Origin: Trichinella spiralis
Lineage: Eukaryota
Direction of reading: 5' to 3'
DNA length: 44,134 bases
Assembly: GCF_000181795.1 (NCBI RefSeq)
Contig: NW_003526945.1
Span: forward strand, 659,492-703,625
Below are positions 36,319-44,134 of the stretch, in pieces. The notes beneath the pieces are model-generated. The model made no database searches, was not told where the DNA came from, and saw only the letters and a program-made list of their open reading frames with translations. Position 1 is the first letter of the stretch. Every line of letters starts with the position of its first letter. The translations under genes and the position numbers were made by a program.

Positions 36319-37812
36319 GCTGTTGTTGTTGTTGTTGTTGAAAAGTCATTATCCACGTTGGCTCAAGAATTTATGTTCCATGCAAATCTTATCGGAGTGC
36401 GGACAGTGTTTACTGATCATTCGCTGTTTGGTTTTGCCGATATGGCATCAGTTGCAGGAAATAAAATGTTGGAATGTTCTTTAGTGCATTGTAATCGTGT
36501 CATCTGTGTATCACATACAGGGTAAGTGAGTTGTTTTGGAAACTGTAATAAATTTTTCTGCAGTGCTGCCATTGTTTTCGTGTTTAGCAAAGAGAACCTA
36601 GTTCTTCGCAGTAGCTTCCCCTCTGAACGAGTGTACGTCATTCCGAATGCATTGGACACGCATCATTTTACACCTGATCCTAGTCAGCGTTGTCCATCGA
36701 AAAGTAACTTTAATGATTACAGTGATAATGAGAATGAGAATAACAATTAATAACTGATAAATAAACAAGCAAAGTGTTGTTCTAAGATGGTAGTTGAAAT
36801 TTTTATCAAATTTGTTTTTTTCAGTAAACATTGTCATTGCATGCCGATTGACATATCGTAAAGGAATCGATCTGCTAGCTAGGGTAATTCCTAGGATTTG
36901 CAATGAACATGCAGATGTGGATTTTATAATTGCTGGCGATGGTCCGATGAGAATTTTACTTGAAGAGGTCAGAGAAAGTGGATATCTTCAAGAACGAGTG
37001 AAAATGGTCGGCAACATACCGCACAACAAAATCAGACAAGTATCTCAATTGCGAATGAGATTTTTTCCTTTTTTCAACTGTATTATCAATTCTATTGTTC
37101 TTTTCAGATACTTGTATTGGGAAATATTTTCTTGAACACTTCACTTACTGAAGCATTTTGCATGACGATTCTCGAAGCTGCAAGTTGTGGGTCTGTGGAT
37201 TTGTTACACTTTATTCATTTGTTGTTTTGAAACTCAAAGCATCTTCTCTAGTCTTCATGTGGTTGCTACACGCGTCGGTGGAGTGCCTGAAGTTTTGCCA
37301 AAAGATTTGATCACATTAGCCGACGTATCCGTTGACGGTATGGCTGATGCGAATTTCAACATAAAATGACACTTTCAACTAAACACAGCAGACCAAATTC
37401 AGATATTGTGCTTGTTTTGGGCAAAGTGATCAACCGATGTCGTGCAGGTTTGCAATTAGAACCTTGGAAAGTGCACAGACGAATTGTTGGCATGTATTCG
37501 TGGACGAACGTTGCCAAGCGAACTGAGCGTGTATACATGGACGCCGTGCAAGATGAGCGACATTCCTACGCCAACATTTTTGCAAAGTATGTAAAGCAGA
37601 AAAATTAAATCTTTTCCACAAGGATTTTATTATTATTTTTGCGATGATGGGTGGGTGGATAGGGGTGTCTTGTTCTATCGTCTAACAGTTTCTTTGCATC
37701 TTTTAGGCACCTGAGCAAAGGCTTTTTGTTCGGCATATTGATGTGCATTTTCGTGTTCTTGGATCTACTTTATCTCATCTTCTTGCGAATATGTGATTCA
37801 ACAAAAAAGTAA
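35723..37812 (+). CDS. piga-1: Phosphatidylinositol N-acetylglucosaminyltransferase subunit A (PIG-A/GPI3, GT4 family). Exons: 35723-35784, 35868-36024, 36117-36239, 36346-36521, 36588-36703, 36825-37039, 37108-37190, 37252-37337, 37403-37586, 37707-37812
   Basis: Diagnostic PIG-A motifs: [107 protein letters not shown]. There is a C-terminal TM helix ([22 protein letters not shown]), with the stop TAA at 37810-37812. Confidence 0.95.
36278..36340. repeat. Compound (TTA)n(TTG)n microsatellite filling PIG-A intron 3
   Basis: Direct reading. Confidence 0.95.
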
Positions 37813-38936
37813 AAATCTGTTTTACTGTCAAGTAGATCGCAAACGTTTATAATTTTCAAAAATTCCACCATTGATGACAACATTTAAACGATAAATCAAT
37901 TATCAGATAGCAGCAAAAAATAGTTTTTGTTTTTCTAAATATTTTATTTTAGTGTACTTTCAGCTAGACATAAAAATATAAAATCTCATGAACAGAATGG
38001 TGAAAGACAATGGGTTTTCAACAACAACAACTCCACCCTCAGACAGTCCTGATTGCCGCTCCAAATTAGAAAATTCAGCACGTGCATTTCCACTACGATG
38101 CTACTGCGCCTTCAACAGATGCACCTGTTTCACACTTATTATTATTTCATACAGATATTTTTAATGGAAAAATTTCCACTATCTCTGACAAGCACACAAT
38201 TCCAGCACCAAGCTAAAAAGATTGCAAAGAAATAATAAATATATCTTATTGTTAATCAACTCAGCCACTTCCAAACTGAACGACATATTCCCACCAAATC
38301 AATCAAGGTAGTATTTCAACATTTTGATGCTCCTTCTTGTTCAACATAACTTTTTTATAAATTTATGAATAATAAATGTGAACTGCCAAATTTGCAATAC
38401 ATATTTCCCAATTAAGATTACTCGTATATTTTTCCAAACAGACTGTAAAATTCTAACTCATACACGATAATATATATCGTCAATAATATATCGTTTATTC
38501 TTGATGTTCAGTATTTCAATTTCATTCAACTAACTTGCACTTAACAATAAAACGAAAGCACAATTTCGCATTTACAATGCATTATGAACTTTCTTTAAAA
38601 TTTATGTTTGTATTCCAATAACTCCTCTACGAAACAGGATTTACAAAATGGAAATAATTAAAGACATTTGCTATGGATCAGTGGTTCATCACAAGCTGCT
38701 CAGCGGTTGTGGAATTAATAACTTCACAATTGCCATTTTCCCTATCTTAATACATTGGTAAGCTTCCCACTTTCTTTCGGATTATCTCCACAACTACGCA
38801 AATAGAAATGACGGCGATAGGTCTGTTGCACGTTACAAATCGATTCCCATCCACTGACGCCAATATAGTCCATTTTTGGATGAAAAGGGTTTTCTCGAAA
38901 ATAGAAATCAATCGAAAAATCCAATACACGAAGGAG

Positions 38937-40155
38937 TTAATTATAAAACTTTTGGTACATAAATGAAAATCAAGAACAATTCCTGTTAAAATAAATTCCG
39001 TTTTCTAGGTGAAAAAATCCATAGATATATTGTAAAAATTAATGAAACCATACAATACTACCATTTATTTAACGTTCAACTTTCATTTATTTTCATTTCG
39101 ACTGGATAAAAATCCTATATAAGTTGCACTTTTTTGTGTATACCTCAAAAAGTACGCAATCCCTAAGTGTCTGGATACGTTTATAGTTGTTAACGAACAA
39201 TTCTCTATCGAAAAAAATTAATAGTTATAATTTTTGCAGAAAAAAATTTTTCTCGAAAATTGCAAAATTTCATGGGCTATAGACTTGCTTGTTTTCGCGA
39301 AAATGAGCGAAAAATTTGTTTTCAAATTTTTGATTTTTTTTCATTGTTACAGCTTTATATTGATAAAAAATAGTGATTTGGAGAGTTTTACGTTAAACTG
39401 CATGGCAGTTGTGGAATAAATGGGCTCTAATTTTGACGTACTCCCTATTTTAATGCATAGGGAAGACGCCCATCAGTAACAGCTATTCAATGGAATCAGA
39501 GATTGCCAATATCGGCAAATGAAACACTTTTGATACTGAAAATATCTTTTTCCACTAATTTATCCTTTTTTTACGATCAATTGCTTCAAATTTCTGAAAT
39601 TACTGCTGTTAAATAATCATTAATTGCTTCGAATCAAATCGAAAGCGTTGTAAGTGTTTACATTGCGAAAAAGGAAGCATTTCATTGCATCCAATTCCGT
39701 TTACCAACTTTGTCATTTATTAAACTCATTATATATTTCACATTTGTGACTATTTGAAATTAATTTCGCAAAGTAACAACCGTGCAATGGGGATTTGCAT
39801 AATTAATATAATATGTAGTCGCCCAGAGTTGAAATTCATTACTAATACTATGAAATTAAATAAGTTCACAATTCAAGTCAACTCATTGGGCTCACGCAGG
39901 GTATTTGTTCGAAACTTTAAACTAATCCACCAGTATGTACAATGGAAATTATTCCGGTCATCTCAGGAACTACAGCGTATTGCAAAACAGTTTTATGTTA
40001 AGAGCAAGCAATCTTGTGTCAATTAAAAGCATGTAAAACAAGAATAACCCGCAATCAATGAATTTTTGATAAATTAGATATAGATGCCAGTTTGAGCATT
40101 TTCAGATCTTAGAAAAAAAGACTGGAATAGAACACGAAAAATATCTTGTCAAATC
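38937..40155. repeat. Diverged copy of the 1283-bp repeat unit
   Basis: Collinear with the unit from TTAATT.TAAA..TTTTG.TACAT.AATGAAA.TCAAGAACAATTC through TTAGAAAAAAAGACTGGAATAG.ACACGAAAATA. The same ORF-track peptide appears at 39234 with 2 amino-acid changes. Confidence 0.9.
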
Positions 40156-40992
40156 NNNNNNNNNNNNNNNNNNNNNNNNNNNNNNNNNNNNNNNNNNNNN
40201 NNNNNNNNNNNNNNNNNNNNNNNNNNNNNNNNNNNNNNNNNNNNNNNNNNNNNNNNNNNNNNNNNNNNNNNNNNNNNNNNNNNNNNNNNNNNNNNNNNNN
40301 NNNNNNNNNNNNNNNNNNNNNNNNNNNNNNNNNNNNNNNNNNNNNNNNNNNNNNNNNNNNNNNNNNNNNNNNNNNNNNNNNNNNNNNNNNNNNNNNNNNN
40401 NNNNNNNNNNNNNNNNNNNNNNNNNNNNNNNNNNNNNNNNNNNNNNNNNNNNNNNNNNNNNNNNNNNNNNNNNNNNNNNNNNNNNNNNNNNNNNNNNNNN
40501 NNNNNNNNNNNNNNNNNNNNNNNNNNNNNNNNNNNNNNNNNNNNNNNNNNNNNNNNNNNNNNNNNNNNNNNNNNNNNNNNNNNNNNNNNNNNNNNNNNNN
40601 NNNNNNNNNNNNNNNNNNNNNNNNNNNNNNNNNNNNNNNNNNNNNNNNNNNNNNNNNNNNNNNNNNNNNNNNNNNNNNNNNNNNNNNNNNNNNNNNNNNN
40701 NNNNNNNNNNNNNNNNNNNNNNNNNNNNNNNNNNNNNNNNNNNNNNNNNNNNNNNNNNNNNNNNNNNNNNNNNNNNNNNNNNNNNNNNNNNNNNNNNNNN
40801 NNNNNNNNNNNNNNNNNNNNNNNNNNNNNNNNNNNNNNNNNNNNNNNNNNNNNNNNNNNNNNNNNNNNNNNNNNNNNNNNNNNNNNNNNNNNNNNNNNNN
40901 NNNNNNNNNNNNNNNNNNNNNNNNNNNNNNNNNNNNNNNNNNNNNNNNNNNNNNNNNNNNNNNNNNNNNNNNNNNNNNNNNNNNNNNNNNNN
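40156..40992. other. Assembly gap (837 N)
   Basis: Run of n. Confidence 1.
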
Positions 40993-41209
40993 TATTACTA
41001 TTACGATTATTATTACTATTATTATCATTATTATTGTTTTGTTTGTTGTTCAACTGTGAAGTGGCGCTTTGATTCGAAAGTGCCATCTTCTTATAGTAAA
41101 AGAATGATTAGTTTGCATTTTTGTTTGTTTGTTTGCACATATTTATGACGGTATACTGAATTTTGCAGACCGTCCCGAAGCTATTGTGTTTGAATTGTGT
41201 TTGTCAATT

Positions 41210-41583
41210 TTCTGAACTGTATTTATTTATCGGTTGTTGAAAAAAAAATCTGCTTCTGTGGGCTTGCGCTACATTACTGAAAGGCGTGAGCAATTCTTTT
41301 AAAATTTACATTTATTTTTTTGAGAGAAAAAAAATTGAATATTCCGTTGTAAAAATTAAAGAAACCATAACGTATTTCTAATTATGTAAATTTCATTTTT
41401 TATTTATTTATATTTCGACTGGATAGAATTCCTATATAGTTGCACTTTTTCGTGTGTACCTCAAAAAGTACGCATACCCTAGGCATCTGGATACGTTCAT
41501 AGTTGTTTACGAACAATTCTCTATCAAAAAAATTAATAGCCTTAATTTTTGTAGAAAAAACTTTTTCTCGAAAATTGCAAAAT
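41210..41583. repeat. Partial, diverged copy of the 1283-bp repeat unit (array edge)
   Basis: Matches the unit from TCTGAACTGTA / GCTACATTA.TGAAAG through CTCGAAAATTGCAAAAT, ending at the 10-N gap. Confidence 0.85.
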
Positions 41584-41593
41584 NNNNNNNNNN
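41584..41593. other. Assembly gap (10 N) inside the tandem array
   Basis: Run of n. Confidence 1.
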
Positions 41594-44134
41594 CACAATT
41601 TAAGTCAACTCATTGGGCTCATGCATGGTATTTGTTCGAAACTTTGAAGGAATCCACCAGAATGTACAATGGAAATCATTCCGTGCATAGCAGAAACTAC
41701 AGCGTATTGTAAAATACTTTTATGTTAAGAGCAAGCAATTTTGTGCAAATTAAAGGTATGTAAATTTTGAATAACACGCAATCGATGATTTTTTGATAAA
41801 TTTGATAAAGTTGCCAGTTTGAGCATTTGGAATTTTTAGAAAAAAAGACTGGAATAGTACACGAAAATAGCTTTCAAATCTGATAATTTTTAACAATTCA
41901 TATATCTGAACTGTAATCAAAGAAAAAATTTAGTTAACAAAACTTTAATTTTAAAGGTTTTTGCTACATTAATGAAAGTCAAGAACAATTCTTTAAAAAA
42001 AAGAATTTATTTTTTTGGGTGAAAAAATTGAATATTCGGTTGTAAAAGTTAATGAAATCATAACATATTTCTATTTATGTAACTTTCATTTTTCATTTAT
42101 TTTTATTTCGACTGGATTAAATTCCTATATAGTTGCACTTTTTTGTGTATACCTCAAAAAGTAAGCAATCCCTAAGCGTCTGGATACGTTTATAGTTGTT
42201 AACGAACAATTCTCTATCGAAAAAAATTAATAGTTATAATTTTTGCAGAAAAAAATTTTTCTCGAAAATTGCAAAATTTCATGGGCTATAGACTTGCTTG
42301 TTTTCGCGAAAATGAGCGAAAAATTTGTTTTCAAATTTTTGATTTTTTTTCATTGTTACAGCTTTATATTGATAAAAAATAGTGTTTTGGAGAGTTTTAC
42401 GCTAAACTGCATGGCAGTTGCTGAATAAATGGGCTCTAATTTTGACGTACTGCCTATTTTAATACATAGTGAAGACGCCCATCAGTAACAACTATTCAAC
42501 AGAAGCAGAGATTGCCAATTTCGGAACATGAGACATTTTTGATATTGAAATTATTATTTTTCTACTAATTTATAATTTTTTTACGATCAGTTGCATCGAA
42601 CTTTTGAAATTACTGCTGTTAAGTAATCATTGACTGCTTCGAATCAAATCGAAAGCGTTATAAGTGTTTACTTTGCTAAAAAGGAAACATTTCATTGCAT
42701 CCAATTCCGTTTACCATCTTTGTCATTTATTAAAGTCATGATATATGCCACATTTGTGACTATTTGAAATTAATTTCGAAAAGTAACAACCGTGCAATGG
42801 CGATTTGCATAATTAGTATAATATGGAGTCGCCTAGAGTTGAAATTCATTACAAATACTATGAAGTTAAATAAGTTCACAATTTAAGTCAACTCATTGGG
42901 CTCATGCATGGTATTTGTTCGAAACTTTGAAGGAATCCACCAGAATGTACAATGGAAATCATTCCGTGCATAGCAGAAACTACAGCGTATTGTAAAATAC
43001 TTTTATGTTAAGAGCAAGCAATTTTGTGCAAATTAAAGGTATGTAAATTTTGAATAACACGCAATCGATGATTTTTTGATAAATTTGATAAAGTTGCCAG
43101 TTTGAGTATTTGGAATTTTTAGAAAAAAAGACTGGAATAGTACACGAAAATAGCTTTCAAATCTGATAATTTTTAACAATTCATATATCTGAACTGTAAT
43201 CAAAGAAAAAATTCAGTTAACAAAACTTTAATTTTAAAGGTTTTTGCTACATTAATGAAAGTCAAGAACAATTCTTTAAAAAAAAGCATTTATTTTTTTG
43301 GGTGAAAAAATTGAATATTCGGTTGTAAAAGTTAATGAAATCATAACATATTTCTATTTACGTAACTTTCATTTTTCATTTATTTTTATTTCGACTGGAT
43401 TAAATTCCTATATAGTTGCACTTTTTTGTGTATACCTCAAAAAGTATGCAATCCCTAAGCGTCTGGATACGTTTATAGTTGTTAACGAACAATTCTCTAT
43501 CGAAAAAAATTAATAGTTATAATTTTTGCAGAAAAAAATTTTTCTCGAAAATTGCAAAATTTCATGGGCTATAGACTTGCTTGTTTTCGCGAAAATGAGC
43601 GAAAAATTTGTTTTCAAATTTTTGATTTTTTTTCATTGTTACAGCTTTATATTGATAAAAAATAGTGTTTTGGAGAGTTTTACGCTAAACTGCATGGCAG
43701 TTGCTGAATAAATGGGCTCTAATTTTGACGTACTGCCTATTTTAATACATAGTGAAGACGCCCATCAGTAACAACTATTCAACAGAAGCAGAGATTGCCA
43801 ATTTCGGAACATGAGACATTTTTGATATTGAAATTATTATTTTTCTACTAATTTATAATTTTTTTTACGATCAGTTGCATCGAACTTTTGAAATTACTGC
43901 TGTTAAGTAATCATTGACTGCTTCGAATCAAATCGAAAGCGTTATAAGTGTTTACTTTGCTAAAAAGGAAACATTTCCATTGCATCCCATTCCGTTTACC
44001 ATCTTTGTCATTTATTAAACTCAAGATGTATTGCCACATTTGTGACTAGTTGAAAGTAATTTCGCAAAGTAACAATCCGTGCAGTGGCGATTTGCATAAT
44101 TAATATTAACATGTAGTCGCCCACAGCTGAAAGT
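41594..44134. repeat. Tandem repeat array, 1283-bp unit; two near-identical units (41594-42876 and 42877-44134, the second truncated by the window end)
   Basis: CACAATTTAAGTCAACT occurs at 41594 and 42877. Identical ORF-track peptides at 42243 and 43526 show the same 1283 offset. Confidence 0.95.

Noticed and set aside
38648..38929. Possible exon (MEIIKDICYG...IH, donor GTAAGC at 38758) and short minus-strand ORFs
   Set aside because: No compatible downstream exon before the repeat array and no recognisable protein motif.
40102..41086. Long ORFs of 308-325 aa
   Set aside because: Artefacts of translating through the N gap.
39234..43711. Repeated 61-aa ORF MQKKIFLENCKISW... (39234, 42243, 43526)
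   Set aside because: It starts at TTG, has low-complexity composition, and recurs only because the DNA unit is repeated.

Overview
Eukaryotic, AT-rich, microsatellite-rich, intron-dense genomic DNA from a draft assembly with three N-gaps. It is most likely a nematode; the style suggests clade I, Trichinella-like, which is an inference. Three spliced genes on the + strand were reconstructed by hand from splice sites and reading-frame continuity. (1) A megalin/LRP2-type giant LDL-receptor gene (nematode lrp-1), 3634-26328, with 66 coding exons traced and the signal-peptide exon not found. (2) An Eps15/EHS-1 endocytic scaffold, 18 exons, 28922-35274. (3) PIG-A, the GPI GlcNAc transferase, 10 exons, 35723-37812, starting only 448 bp after the eps15 stop, so a possible operon. 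An error-ridden copy of the lrp-1 3' end (26687-~27470) looks like an assembly artefact. The last ~5 kb is a tandem array with a 1283-bp unit, showing degenerate edge copies and mosaic/conversion tracts. I found no convincing novel multi-gene system. The best leads are the candidate operon/endocytic gene cluster, a GC-AG intron, an LRP1-like furin site in a megalin-type receptor, an intron bounded by an 8-bp direct repeat, and the 1283-bp repeat.
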